A stretch of DNA of 42,399 bases from NCBI GenBank assembly GCA_046596055.1, contig JBKJNH010000098.1:1-42399 (forward strand). Reading direction: 5' to 3'. Positions 27,269 to 37,266 of the stretch are shown here, one piece after another (the stretch's first letter is position 1; every line of letters starts with the position of its first letter). Position numbers and translations under genes: made by a program. Source of the stretch: Candidatus Eiseniibacteriota bacterium (GTDB lineage Bacteria; Eisenbacteria; RBG-16-71-46; DASYSL01). The notes beneath the pieces were generated by a model. It saw only the letters and a program-made list of their open reading frames with translations. It was not told where the DNA came from and searched no databases.

Positions 27269-28489
27269 ATGAACCTCCCCGGCGGACTCCGCCTGTTCCA
27301 CCTGCGTCCCGGCGATCCCGACTTCCTCGACCTGCCGTGGAACCGCCCGCTGGCGGCCTGGCCCGGGGAGTGCGCGCGCATCGTCGAGATGCCGCGCGGT
27401 CTGTCGCGCCACGACGTGGTGTTCGTCGCCTACGAGAGGCGTGTGTACGCGCTCAAGGAGCTGCCGGTCGCCATCGGTGAGCGCGAGTACGGCCTGCTGC
27501 GCGAGCTCGAGGAGCGCAACCTGCCGGCGGTGATCCCGGTGGGGCATGCGCACCGCCGCGCCGAGGGGAGCGACGAGGAGACGAGCGTGTTGATCACGCG
27601 CTTCCTCGAGGCGTCTCTGCCGTACCGCACGCTGTTCATGCAGCAGGGGCTCGAGCGCTACCGCGAGCGCCTGCTCGACGCGATGGCCGGCTTGCTCGTG
27701 CGCCTGCACCTGGCCGGGTTCGTGTGGGGCGACTGCTCGCTGTCGAACACGCTGTTCCGCCGCGATGCCGGCGAGCTGCAGGCCTACCTCGTCGACGCCG
27801 AGACGTCCGAGCTGCACGACTCGATCTCCGACGGCCGACGCGCCTACGACCTCGACGTGATGGAGGAGAACGTCGCCGGCGAGCTGGCGGACGTCGGGCA
27901 CCTGGTCGCGCTGCCGCCGCTATTGTCGATCGAGGAGACCGGCGCGCAGATCCGATCGCGCTACACGCGCCTGTGGGAGGAGATCACGCGCGAGGTGCTC
28001 CTGAAGCCCGACGAGCGCTACCGCATTCACGAGCGCATCCGCGCGCTCAACGACCTGGGCTTCACCGTCGGCGAGCTGGAGCTGTTGCCCGCGCCCGACG
28101 GCGAGCACCTGCGCCTGCGCACGATCGTCACCGACCGCGATCACCACCGCCACCTGCTCCACAGCATGACCGGCGTCGTGGCGGGGGACCGCCAGGCGGC
28201 GCAGTTCCTCGACGAGATCCACGAGATGCAGGCCACCATGGCGCGCGAGAAGAACCGCAGCGTGCCCATGAGTGCCGCGGCGTTCTCGTGGCTCAAGGAG
28301 CGCTACGAGCCCACGCTGGAGCGGCTGGCCGTCGCGCGCGGGCCCGCGGCCGACGCCGCCGAGCTGTATGCCGAGGTGCTCGAGCACAAGTGGTTCCGCT
28401 CGGAACAGGAGCAGCGGGACGTCGGGCTCGAGACCGCGATCGAGGACTACCTGGCGCGGTTCCGACCGGCGGACGGCGCGGCGGGCTGA
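27269..28489 (+). CDS. DUF4032-type protein with a RIO/Kdo-kinase-like (atypical protein-kinase-like) N-terminal domain
   Basis: LVRLHLAGFVWGDCSLSNTLFRR...LQAYLVDAETSE resembles the RIO/Kdo catalytic loop (xGDLSxxN) plus the metal-binding Asp (xxD). The overall sequence style matches what I recall of DUF4032 proteins. The C-terminal half is helical. Confidence 0.6.
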   Translation: MNLPGGLRLFHLRPGDPDFLDLPWNRPLAAWPGECARIVEMPRGLSRHDVVFVAYERRVYALKELPVAIGEREYGLLRELEERNLPAVIPVGHAHRRAEGSDEETSVLITRFLEASLPYRTLFMQQGLERYRERLLDAMAGLLVRLHLAGFVWGDCSLSNTLFRRDAGELQAYLVDAETSELHDSISDGRRAYDLDVMEENVAGELADVGHLVALPPLLSIEETGAQIRSRYTRLWEEITREVLLKPDERYRIHERIRALNDLGFTVGELELLPAPDGEHLRLRTIVTDRDHHRHLLHSMTGVVAGDRQAAQFLDEIHEMQATMAREKNRSVPMSAAAFSWLKERYEPTLERLAVARGPAADAAELYAEVLEHKWFRSEQEQRDVGLETAIEDYLARFRPADGAAG

Positions 28490-31164
28490 GGAGCGGCCCA
28501 GTCGACCGCGATCGCGATCTCGCCCGACGCCTGCTGCGGCGAGTGGATGACGAGGAATCGATCATCCGGGAGGACCGTCGCGGCGAGGATCCCCGGGGGC
28601 GCGGGACGAACCTCCCGCGGCGTGGCGACCTCGCCGGTCGCGGGATCGAAGCGCGCCGCCATGAGCGTTCTCGCCACGCCCTGGACGAACCAGATCGTGC
28701 GCCCGTCGACCGACCAGAGCGGGGCGGTGAGCGCGCCGCGCGAGACCTGCTGCTTGCCCCGGACCCCGGGGTAGGTCGCGACGTAGACCTCGCTCACGCC
28801 GGATTCGTCCGACAACCACGCCAGCCACCGGCCGTCGGGGGAGAGATTCGCCCCGTTCTCGTGATACCGCGTGACGACCACGGGACGGGGCTGCGACGAG
28901 TCGAAGCGCGCCGCGTAGATGTCCCACCCCGAGTCGCCGCTGACCTGCTGGAACAGGAACTCCGTCCCGTCGGGTGTGACGTCGACCACGTTCTTGAACG
29001 GCACGGGGGAGCGGAACACGAGTGAGTCCCCGCCCGCGCCGTCGACGCGCCGCCGGTAGAACTGGCGCGGGCCCTCGCGGTTCAACCCGAACAGGAACGA
29101 CCGCGAATCGGGCAAGAATGCTCCGGACTCGACGATTTCGGTGCCGGTGGTGAGGCGGGTGGCGAGGCCGCGCCCCAGATCGACCAGCCACAGGTCGCTG
29201 GTTCCCGAGTGCGACTCCTCGACCGTCACGTAGCGCCCGTCGGGCGAGACGGCGAGGCCGCTCCACGAGCGTTCGGGGATCCCCGGGACGGGGTCCATCC
29301 GCCCGTCGGCCGTGAGGTAGGCGAGCCGGTTCGACTCCGGCGGCCGGCTCGTCCATGCCAGCACGCCCGTGCGCGACACGCTTCCCGGGTGCGCCCCCGT
29401 GTAATCCGTCGGCGCCGGAGGGTCGCCGATCACGAAGGGCTCACCCCGAACGCGGCCGGATCCGGCGTCGAACGCCTGCGCCATGAGCTTTGCATTGACC
29501 GCAAACAGCACATGACCCGATGGCGCGTAGATCGGGGCGCCGCCGGCGCGGAGCACTGGCGTCCCGTCGCGCGCGGGGTCGCGGGTCGAACCGATCCACA
29601 CGTCGAAGCGGCCCTCGCGCACCGGGAGCGCGACGTAGAGAAACCGCTCGCCGTCGGGGAGGAAGCAGGGAAAGCGATGCGCCGTCTCGTTCGCCGTCGA
29701 GTCGAGGACGGTGACGGGCTGCGATGCGCCGCCCATCGCGTCCACGCGGTGGAGCGGCCCGCCCGAGGTCGGGGCGAAGACGATCACGCCCTTGCTCCCC
29801 CAACTTCCACCCCGCGGGTTCGGCGCGTCGCAGATGACCTCGGGGTTGCCGCCGCCGATCGTCGCCCGGCGCAGCTTGCCCAGGGCGAAGAATGCGACCG
29901 CCCTCCCGTCGGGCGCCCAGAAGGGGAGCAAGGCGCCCTCGGTGCCGGGCAGCAGCGTCGCCGCGAACGAGTCGAGCCGCCGCAGCCACAGGTTCGACAC
30001 GCCCAGCGAGTCCGCGGCGACGAACGCAAGCGTGCGTCCGTCGGGCGAGAGCGCCAGCATGCAACCGTCGCCCGGGATCGTCCATCCGGCGGGGGCCTGG
30101 ATCGTGTAGCGCAGGGGCTCGCGCGCCGAGCCGTCCGGGCGGAGCAGCGTGCCCGCGATCCACGCGACGAGCGCGCCCGCGAGCGCGACGGCGGCGAGGA
30201 CCAGGGCGGGTCGCATACGCCCGCCGGCGGTGGCGTCGACGCGGACCGTGCTCGCGCCGGTCGCGCGCATCGCGCTCGAGTCGTGGCCCAGGCGCGAGCT
30301 TGACGGCGCGATTCCGAGCATTTCCTCGAGCTCGATGCGCGCGTCGCCGATGTCGCGCAGGCGGCGCCTGGCGTCCTTCTCGAGGCAACGCGACAGCAGC
30401 GCGCGCAGCCGCGGCGGCAGGTCGGCCGGCAGCGGCGCGGGATCGGGCTCGCTCTGCAGGATGCGCGCGATCGAGTCCGACACGGTCTCGCCGGGAAAGG
30501 CCTGCTGCGCGGTGAGACACTCGTAGAGGACCGCGCCGAACGACCAGATGTCCGTGCGGCGATCGACGCGCCGCCCGCGCGCCTGCTCGGGGCTCATGTA
30601 CGCGGCGGTTCCCAGGATGACGCCGGCCCCGGTGGCCGCGAACGTGAGCGTCGGTGACTGCTGCGCACTCGGATCCGATTCAGTTCCGGCGGGCTCGGCG
30701 CCGCGCGCGAGACCGAAGTCGAGCACCTTCGCGTCGCCCGCGGGCGTGAGGATCACGTTCCCGGGCTTGAGATCCCGGTGGACGATACCCGCCTCGTGCG
30801 CGGCCTCGAGCGCGGCCGCGATCTGGCGGCCCACGTCGAGCGTCTCGGCAACGGTCAACGGTCCGCTCGCCAGGCGCTGCGCCAGCGTCTCTCCCTCGAC
30901 GAACTCGAGAACGAGGAAGCGATGTCCGTCCGCCTCCTCGAGGCCGTGGATCGCGGCGATGTTGGGGTGGACGAGCGCGGCGAGCAGGCGGGCCTCGCGC
31001 TCGAAGCGCGCCAGGCGCTCGGGGTCGCGGGCGAACTCGTCGGGCAGGACCTTGATCGCGATGGGGCGGTCGAGCCTGGGATCGCGCGCCCGGTAGACCA
31101 CGCCCATGCCGCCGCGGCCGACCTCGCGTTCAATGGGATAGGCGCCGATGCGGGATGGGTGCAT
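28447..31164 (-). CDS. Ser/Thr protein kinase (Hanks type) - TM helix - PD40/TolB-like beta-propeller sensor
   Basis: Kinase motifs are [37 protein letters not shown] and AAYMSPEQ. The TM segment is [23 protein letters not shown]. The C-terminal ~550 aa have repeated SPDGR...F/W motifs, as in WD40-like PD40 blades. The 3' end overlaps the DUF4032 gene by 43 nt (convergent). Confidence 0.9.
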   Translation of the reverse strand: MHPSRIGAYPIEREVGRGGMGVVYRARDPRLDRPIAIKVLPDEFARDPERLARFEREARLLAALVHPNIAAIHGLEEADGHRFLVLEFVEGETLAQRLASGPLTVAETLDVGRQIAAALEAAHEAGIVHRDLKPGNVILTPAGDAKVLDFGLARGAEPAGTESDPSAQQSPTLTFAATGAGVILGTAAYMSPEQARGRRVDRRTDIWSFGAVLYECLTAQQAFPGETVSDSIARILQSEPDPAPLPADLPPRLRALLSRCLEKDARRRLRDIGDARIELEEMLGIAPSSSRLGHDSSAMRATGASTVRVDATAGGRMRPALVLAAVALAGALVAWIAGTLLRPDGSAREPLRYTIQAPAGWTIPGDGCMLALSPDGRTLAFVAADSLGVSNLWLRRLDSFAATLLPGTEGALLPFWAPDGRAVAFFALGKLRRATIGGGNPEVICDAPNPRGGSWGSKGVIVFAPTSGGPLHRVDAMGGASQPVTVLDSTANETAHRFPCFLPDGERFLYVALPVREGRFDVWIGSTRDPARDGTPVLRAGGAPIYAPSGHVLFAVNAKLMAQAFDAGSGRVRGEPFVIGDPPAPTDYTGAHPGSVSRTGVLAWTSRPPESNRLAYLTADGRMDPVPGIPERSWSGLAVSPDGRYVTVEESHSGTSDLWLVDLGRGLATRLTTGTEIVESGAFLPDSRSFLFGLNREGPRQFYRRRVDGAGGDSLVFRSPVPFKNVVDVTPDGTEFLFQQVSGDSGWDIYAARFDSSQPRPVVVTRYHENGANLSPDGRWLAWLSDESGVSEVYVATYPGVRGKQQVSRGALTAPLWSVDGRTIWFVQGVARTLMAARFDPATGEVATPREVRPAPPGILAATVLPDDRFLVIHSPQQASGEIAIAVDWAAPQPAAPSAGRNRAR

Positions 31165-31261
31165 GCGCGGGAATGTAGCGCATCGGTCGGGCGGCGTCTG
31201 CTAGGCTGGCTCGCCCTCGGTCGTCTTCCGTTCTCTCGGGGCTGTGCCCCCGGAGGTCGCC

Positions 31262-33514
31262 ATGCCCGCACGTGTCCGTCGCGCCGCGTCGTCCACCGTT
31301 CCGCGTCTCGTCTTCGTCCACGGCGCGGGCGCTCAGCCCGAGGCGCCGTTGCTCCTGCGCGCCTGGGAAACCGCGCTGTTCGGGATGCCCGTCCAGGGCG
31401 CGCTCGCCGCGCGCCTCGGCCGTCCACCCGTGCTCGTGGACTACGCGGGCGTGCTGCATCCGCGAACCGCGAACCGGACGCGCGCCGCGCGTGCCGGGCG
31501 CGTCGGGCCCGCCGACCGCGCCGACCCGGCGGCGCGAGCCTTCGCCACGCGGCTGACCGACGCGCTCGCCCCGAGCGGTGACCGCGGCGCGCTCGTCACC
31601 GGGCTTCCGCCGTGGCTGCGCATCCCGCTGACCAGGCTGATCACCGCCCGCTTCGTGCCCGACGTCACCGCCTACATGTTCGACGCCGCCGCGCGCGAGC
31701 GCATGCGTGCCCCATTGCGCGCCGTGCTGCATGCCGAGCGCGGTGACGTCGTCCTGGTCGCGCACAGCCTGGGCAGCATCATCGCCTACGACGTGCTGCA
31801 CGAGATCGGCGGCCCCGCGCGTGTGCGCCGCTTGGTCACGCTCGGCTCGCCGCTGGGGATCGAGGAGGTGCAGGACCACCTGCGCCAGGGCGCGGGGCGC
31901 CGTCGCAGCGCACGGAACGCAGGGCTCGCACTCCCACCGGGCGTGGCCGAATGGGTGAACCTGGCCGATCGCCTCGACGTGGTGGCGCTCGACGCGACGT
32001 TCGCCGACGAGGCGGGCATGGCGGCGAAGGGCATCCGCGATCGCGCGGTGGTCAATCCGGCGCGCCTGGTGTGGAAGGAGGGCGGTCCGCACGCCGGTCC
32101 CGGCTACCTCGCCACGCCCGAAGCGCGCGAGGAGATCGGCCGTGCACTTGGCCTGCCCGAGAACGCGCTCGCCTACGGGCGACTGCTCCGGCGCGACGTG
32201 CTGGGCGCGATGCTCGATCGCGAGGCGCGCCATGGCGTGCTCGTCGAGATCCGCGACCCCGTCGCCTATCCGGAGCCGAAGGCGACGGGTGCGGCGCCGG
32301 GCCGGAAGCCTGCCGACCTCGACACGTACCGCGACGCGCTGGTGACGAAGATCGAGACCGTCGTGCGGGGCGGGCGCGTCCGGACGCGCGCCGAGGCCGA
32401 CCTGCGGGCGGCGGCCATCGACCCGCTGCGTCGCTTCGTCGCCGCGCGCCTGACCGCAAGCGAGATCGAGGCGCTCGTCGTCGCGGCCCGGGCCGAGCTC
32501 TACTGCGTGTGGCGCAACGCCACGAAGCGCGCGCTCCTGCAGCGCTCGGCCGCGGTCGTCCATGCGCCGGCCGCCCGCGCGACGTACGGCGCCGATGGGC
32601 GCGGCGTGACGTGGGCCGTGCTCGACACCGGAATCGACGCAGCCCACCCGCACTTCACGGGGCTCGGGGACTCGTTGCAGGTGTTCGATTGCACGAAGCC
32701 CGGCCCGCCACGGCCGATCGCGAAGCCGACCGACCTGCAGGGCCACGGCACCCACGTCTGCGGCATCGTTGCCGGCGAGGGCACGGACGCCGGGAGGCCG
32801 CTCGTCGCGGTCGCGCCCAGGGCCCGCCTCATCGTCTACAAGGTGCTGGGCGACACGGGCGAAGGCGACGACGGGTGGATCATCAAGGCGCTCGATCACA
32901 TCGCCGAGACGAACGAGAAGTCGTCGGACCTGGTCGTCGCCGGCGTGAACCTGAGCCTCGGCGGTTCGTTCGACGCCTCGGTCTACGGCGTGGGCCACTC
33001 GCCGCTGTGCCAGGAGTTGCGGCGTTTGTGGCGCCAGGGGGTGCTCGCGGTGGTCGCCTGCGGGAACGACGGCCGCGTGCGCGTGCGCACCGAGGGCGAC
33101 GAGTCGTTCGACCTGAACCCGGTCGTGGCGGTGGGCGATCCGGCGAACCTCGAGGAGTGCATCGCGGTGGGCTCGGTGCACGCCGACCGGCCGCACGTCT
33201 ACGGCGTTTCGTACTTCTCGTCGCGCGGTCCGACCGCCGACGGCCGCGCCAAGCCCGATGTCGTCGCGCCCGGGGAGAACATCCGCTCGTGCCGCGCCGG
33301 AACCAAGGAGTACGTGTCGATGAGCGGGACCAGCATGGCCGCGCCGCACGTGTCCGGCCTGCTGGCGGCGTTCCTGTCGGTGCGGCCGGAGTTCATCGGC
33401 CGGCCCGACGAGGTGAAGCGCATGCTGCTCGCGCATTGCACGGACCTGGGGCGCGATCGCTATGTGCAGGGCATGGGCGTGCCGAACCTGCTGCGGATGT
33501 TATCGGGGACCTGA
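31262..33514 (+). CDS. Fusion protein: lipase/esterase-like alpha/beta-hydrolase domain + S8 (subtilisin-like) serine peptidase domain, no signal peptide
   Basis: GGAGG lies 6 nt before ATG 31262; the track starts it at 31244. The N-domain has LVFVHGAG, the nucleophile elbow VAHSLGS (A-H-S-x-G, as in Bacillus-type lipases) and LVTLGSPLG. The C-domain has VLDTGID (Asp), HGTHVCGIVAG (His), ACGNDG (Asn) and MSGTSMAAPHVSG (Ser). Confidence 0.8.
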   Translation: MPARVRRAASSTVPRLVFVHGAGAQPEAPLLLRAWETALFGMPVQGALAARLGRPPVLVDYAGVLHPRTANRTRAARAGRVGPADRADPAARAFATRLTDALAPSGDRGALVTGLPPWLRIPLTRLITARFVPDVTAYMFDAAARERMRAPLRAVLHAERGDVVLVAHSLGSIIAYDVLHEIGGPARVRRLVTLGSPLGIEEVQDHLRQGAGRRRSARNAGLALPPGVAEWVNLADRLDVVALDATFADEAGMAAKGIRDRAVVNPARLVWKEGGPHAGPGYLATPEAREEIGRALGLPENALAYGRLLRRDVLGAMLDREARHGVLVEIRDPVAYPEPKATGAAPGRKPADLDTYRDALVTKIETVVRGGRVRTRAEADLRAAAIDPLRRFVAARLTASEIEALVVAARAELYCVWRNATKRALLQRSAAVVHAPAARATYGADGRGVTWAVLDTGIDAAHPHFTGLGDSLQVFDCTKPGPPRPIAKPTDLQGHGTHVCGIVAGEGTDAGRPLVAVAPRARLIVYKVLGDTGEGDDGWIIKALDHIAETNEKSSDLVVAGVNLSLGGSFDASVYGVGHSPLCQELRRLWRQGVLAVVACGNDGRVRVRTEGDESFDLNPVVAVGDPANLEECIAVGSVHADRPHVYGVSYFSSRGPTADGRAKPDVVAPGENIRSCRAGTKEYVSMSGTSMAAPHVSGLLAAFLSVRPEFIGRPDEVKRMLLAHCTDLGRDRYVQGMGVPNLLRMLSGT

Positions 33515-33527
33515 GCCGGAGCGCCGG

Positions 33528-33962
33528 CTACGCGCGGTCCAGCGCCATCCGGATCGCGTCCCGCAGGGGGCCGTGCTCGGTAGCGGAGAACTTCGGCGCG
33601 TTCACCCAGTCGTAGAACCACACCGGCGCCCGACGGCGCTCGTCGGGTTCGTGCGCGTAGCGCGGGAAGACGTGCGCATGCAGCTCAGGATCGACGTTGC
33701 CCAGGATCTCGTAGTTGATGCGCAGCGCGCCGGTCACGGCGAGGACGGCGTCGCCGACGCGCACCAGATCCCGCAGGTACGCCGTGCGCGAGGGCTCCAC
33801 GAGGTCGTTCAGGCTCGGGACGACCGGGTCGGGCAGGAGGATGCAGTAGCCCGGCAGGAATTGGACGTCGCCCATCACCACCCAGCCCGACGGCACCCGG
33901 CAGACGACCGACTCGCTCGTGCCGGCCCGCGCCCCGGCGACCCGCTCGGCAATGGAACCCAT
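33528..33962 (-). CDS. HIT-family (histidine triad) nucleotide hydrolase/transferase-like protein, variant triad
   Basis: I start it at ATG 33962, with GAGGGGG upstream. The fold signature is G.V.V.....PGY.L..P and the motif is DPELHAHVFPRY. This aligns to HxHxHxxPR with the first His replaced by Glu (E-L-H-A-H-V-F-P-R). Confidence 0.65.
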   Translation of the reverse strand: MGSIAERVAGARAGTSESVVCRVPSGWVVMGDVQFLPGYCILLPDPVVPSLNDLVEPSRTAYLRDLVRVGDAVLAVTGALRINYEILGNVDPELHAHVFPRYAHEPDERRRAPVWFYDWVNAPKFSATEHGPLRDAIRMALDRA

Positions 33963-34071
33963 GGACCCCCTCTTTCTTGCGAACCTGCGTCCGCGGGACC
34001 GCGGGCGTCGCCGGACTGTATTCCCGCGGCACACGAGGCGCAATTCCCCGGCATCGTGTACATTCCGCTCC

Positions 34072-36543
34072 ATGGAAATGCTCCGCTCGAACGCCGCCCG
34101 GTCCGCCGGGCCGGCGTCGCCCCCCGATTCCGCGCTCGCGCGGGCCATCATCGATAACCTGATCCGCCGGCAGGCCCACTCCCCGGAGGGGGCCTCGACG
34201 CACGACTGGTACATGGCCGTCGCCTACACCGTGCGCGACCGCCTGCTCGATCGCTGGCTCAAGACGATTCGCGAGGTGCCGCGCGATGACGTGCGCGTCG
34301 TCGCCTACATGTCGGCCGAGTTCCTGACCGGTTCGCATCTCGAGAACCACCTGATCAACCTCGACCTGCTCGAGCCCATGCGCGAGGCGGTCACGGCGCT
34401 CGACCTCGACTTCGATCGCATCGCGGCCGAGGAGGAGGAGCCGGGCCTCGGCCACGGCGGGCTCGGGCGGCTGGCGGCGTGCTTCATGGACTCGCTGTCG
34501 ACGTTGCAGGTCCCCGCGATCGGCTACGGCATCCGCTACGAGTACGGCATCTTCGACCAGGTGATCGAGGACGGCGCGCAGCGCGAGGTCGCCGATCGCT
34601 GGCTTCATGGCGGCAACCCGTGGGAGGTCGAGCGACCCGAGGCCGGAGTCGAGGTCTCGCTCGGTGGGCGCACCGAGGCGTGGATCGACGATCACGGCTT
34701 GCCGCGCGTCCGCTGGATCCCCGAACGCGTGATCACGGGCATTCCCTACGACACCCTGATCTCGGGTTACCGCGTGGAGCGCGCGAACATGCTGCGGCTG
34801 TGGAAGGCCGAGGCGCGCGAGTCGTTCGACTTCCAGACGTTCAATCGCGGCGACTACGTCGGCGCGGTCGACAAGGCGATCACGTCCGAGACGATCAGCA
34901 AGGTCCTGTACCCCAATGACGAGGTGGCTCGCGGCAAGCAGCTGCGCCTCGAGCAGCAGTACTTCTTCGTCGCCTGCTCGCTCGCCGACATGCTGCGCTA
35001 TCACCTGTCGCTCGGTCGGCCGCTCGAGTCGTTCCCCGAGAAGTTCGCGGTCCAGCTCAATGATACGCATCCGTCGATCGCGGTCGCCGAGCTGTTCCGC
35101 CTGCTGGTCGACGTGCACGACATCGAGCCGGATCGCGCCTGGGAGCTGGTGCGCCGCACCTTTGCCTACACGAACCACACGCTCATGCCCGAGGCTCTCG
35201 AGCGCTGGCCGCTGCCGCTGTTCCGTGCGGTGCTGCCACGTCATCTCGAGTTGATCAGCGACATCGACCGGCGACTGCGCCTCGAGATCGACGCGCGCTT
35301 CCCGGGCGACGGCGCGCGCGCCGAGCGGATGGCGATCGTCGACCGCGGCGGCGAGGGTCACGTGCGGATGGCCCACCTGGCCAGCACGGGAAGCCACGCG
35401 ATCAACGGGGTGGCGCGCCTGCACACCGAGCTGCTGCAGCGCGACGTGCTGCGCGACTTCTTCGAGCTGTGGCCGGACAAGTTCACGAGCGTGACCAACG
35501 GCGTGACGCCGCGGCGCTTCATGGCGCTGGCGGATCCCGAGCTGACGGCGCTCCTGACGCGCACGCTCGGCGAGGGCTGGCTGTCGGACATCGAGACCTC
35601 GTTGCCGCGACTCGAGGCGCACGTCGGCGATCCGGAGTTCCGCGGCGAGTGGCGGGCAATCAAGCGCCGCAACAAGGAGCGCCTGGCGGAGTACGTGCAG
35701 GCGACGATGGGACTCGCGATCGATCCCGCGTCGTTGTTCGACATCCAGTGCAAGCGTTTTCACGAGTACAAGCGCCAGCACCTGAACGCCCTGCACGTGA
35801 TCACGCAGGCGCGCCGGCTCAAGCGCGGCGAGGGCCGCGACCTGCCGCCGCGCACCGTGATCGTCTCGGGCAAGGCGGCCCCGGGCTATTACATGGCGAA
35901 ACTGGTCATCCGCCTGCTGCATGGTGTGGCGCGCGAAGTGAACGACGACCCGGAAGTCGCACCATGGCTCAAGGTCGCATTCGTGCCCAACTTCAACGTG
36001 ACGGTGGCGCAGAAGCTCTATCCGGCGGGCGATCTGTCCGAGCAGATCTCGACGGCCGGCAAGGAGGCGTCGGGAACCGGCAACATGAAGTTCGCGCTCA
36101 ACGGCGCGCTCACGATCGGGACGCTCGACGGAGCGAACGTGGAGATTCGCGAAGCGGTGGGGCCCGACAACTTCTTCCTCTTCGGCCTGACGACGGACGA
36201 GGTCGCGGCGGTCAAGTCCGCCGGCTACGCGCCCCGCCGCCACTACGATGAGGACGGCGAACTGCGCGAGGCGATCGACGCGATCGCGAACGGCGCGTTC
36301 TCCGACGGTGATCACGAGGTGTTCCGGCCGCTGGTCGATCACCTGCTCGATCGCGATGACTTTCTGCTGCTGGCCGATTACCGCTCGTACGTCGACATGC
36401 AGGGGGAGGTCCTCCGGGCGTACGCCGACGTCGAGCGCTGGACGACGATGTCGATCCTCAACACCGCGCGCAGCGGTTGGTTCTCGTCGGATCGCTCGAT
36501 TCGCGAGTACCGCGAGAAGATCTGGCGGGTCGGCGCGTCCTAG
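34072..36543 (+). CDS. glgP: Glycogen/maltodextrin (alpha-glucan) phosphorylase
   Basis: I start it at ATG 34072 (or 34078). Signatures are EPGLGHGGLGRLAACFMDS, NDTHP, AYTNHT.MPEALE, TNGVTPRRF and EASGTGNMKFALNGALTIGTLDGANVEI (PLP lysine). The length is about 823 aa. Confidence 0.95.
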   Translation: MEMLRSNAARSAGPASPPDSALARAIIDNLIRRQAHSPEGASTHDWYMAVAYTVRDRLLDRWLKTIREVPRDDVRVVAYMSAEFLTGSHLENHLINLDLLEPMREAVTALDLDFDRIAAEEEEPGLGHGGLGRLAACFMDSLSTLQVPAIGYGIRYEYGIFDQVIEDGAQREVADRWLHGGNPWEVERPEAGVEVSLGGRTEAWIDDHGLPRVRWIPERVITGIPYDTLISGYRVERANMLRLWKAEARESFDFQTFNRGDYVGAVDKAITSETISKVLYPNDEVARGKQLRLEQQYFFVACSLADMLRYHLSLGRPLESFPEKFAVQLNDTHPSIAVAELFRLLVDVHDIEPDRAWELVRRTFAYTNHTLMPEALERWPLPLFRAVLPRHLELISDIDRRLRLEIDARFPGDGARAERMAIVDRGGEGHVRMAHLASTGSHAINGVARLHTELLQRDVLRDFFELWPDKFTSVTNGVTPRRFMALADPELTALLTRTLGEGWLSDIETSLPRLEAHVGDPEFRGEWRAIKRRNKERLAEYVQATMGLAIDPASLFDIQCKRFHEYKRQHLNALHVITQARRLKRGEGRDLPPRTVIVSGKAAPGYYMAKLVIRLLHGVAREVNDDPEVAPWLKVAFVPNFNVTVAQKLYPAGDLSEQISTAGKEASGTGNMKFALNGALTIGTLDGANVEIREAVGPDNFFLFGLTTDEVAAVKSAGYAPRRHYDEDGELREAIDAIANGAFSDGDHEVFRPLVDHLLDRDDFLLLADYRSYVDMQGEVLRAYADVERWTTMSILNTARSGWFSSDRSIREYREKIWRVGAS

Positions 36544-36630
36544 CCGGGGGCCGGCGGCGGGCTTGCAAGGTTCCTGTCCGGGGTTGTCCGGGGGCTGGAC
36601 GGCTCGCCCCCGGGGGTCCAGACTCCTGTT

Positions 36631-37098
36631 GTGCGACCCGACCTGAACACGCTCGTGCGGTCCCTTCTCGTCGTCCTGGCCCTCGCCGGTGGTCTCCGCG
36701 AGGCGGGGTCGGCCGCATGCCAGAGCCTGTGTCCGTGGGGCGCCTTCGCCGATCTGGGTGCGGACGCGATCGCCGCGGAGCCGGGGTGCGGAGGGTGCAC
36801 CGGGTCCGCCGCCTCCGACTGCGCGCTGCCCTGTGCGCCGGACGCGCCATGCCCGCTCTTCGTGCCATCGCCGCCCGCGCTCGTCGAGCGTTCGCTCGTG
36901 TCGGTCGCCCACGTCGACTCGCGTCACGGCACGGTCGGGTCCGTCGAGTGGATTCCCGGCTCGGCGCTCGTCTCCGCCGGCTTCGACCTGCACGGGGTGA
37001 CCGCCGGAGAGCTTCTTGCCCGGCCGCCCGAGACCTCCCCCGCACGCTCGACGCGCAAGACGCCGCTGTGGCTCCGGGATCGCGCTCTCCTGATCTGA
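36631..37098 (+). CDS. Hypothetical exported/membrane-anchored protein with a 7-Cys cluster (155 aa)
   Basis: It starts at GTG. Third-position GC is ~85% over the first 80 codons, which is coding-like. The N-terminal hydrophobic segment is LVRSLLVVLALAGGL. The cluster is CQSLCPW...PGCGGCTGSAASDCALPCAPDAPCP. I recognise no family, and the start is uncertain. Confidence 0.45.
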   Translation: MRPDLNTLVRSLLVVLALAGGLREAGSAACQSLCPWGAFADLGADAIAAEPGCGGCTGSAASDCALPCAPDAPCPLFVPSPPALVERSLVSVAHVDSRHGTVGSVEWIPGSALVSAGFDLHGVTAGELLARPPETSPARSTRKTPLWLRDRALLI

Positions 37099-37266
37099 GC
37101 GGGTGCGGCTGGCCTCCGCAATTCCCGACAAAGTGCGACGCGCGTGCGGCGCGGACCGCGGCCCCCTTGGACGGGGCCGGCGGCCACGCACGGATCACGC
37201 GCGAGGACGACGACTCGATTCGGGCGGCAGGACTCGACGAAGTGCCGCCGCCCATGGAGAACGACC

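Noticed and set aside
33685-37191. A 1168-aa ORF on the minus strand, coincidentally the same length as the FG-GAP protein
   Set aside because: It lies antisense to glgP, whose identity is unambiguous, and to the two Cys-rich ORFs. Its translation is an Arg/Asp/Gly/His/Pro-rich string with no motifs. Long antisense ORFs are expected in ~70% GC DNA because stop codons are rare. I treat it as a shadow ORF.
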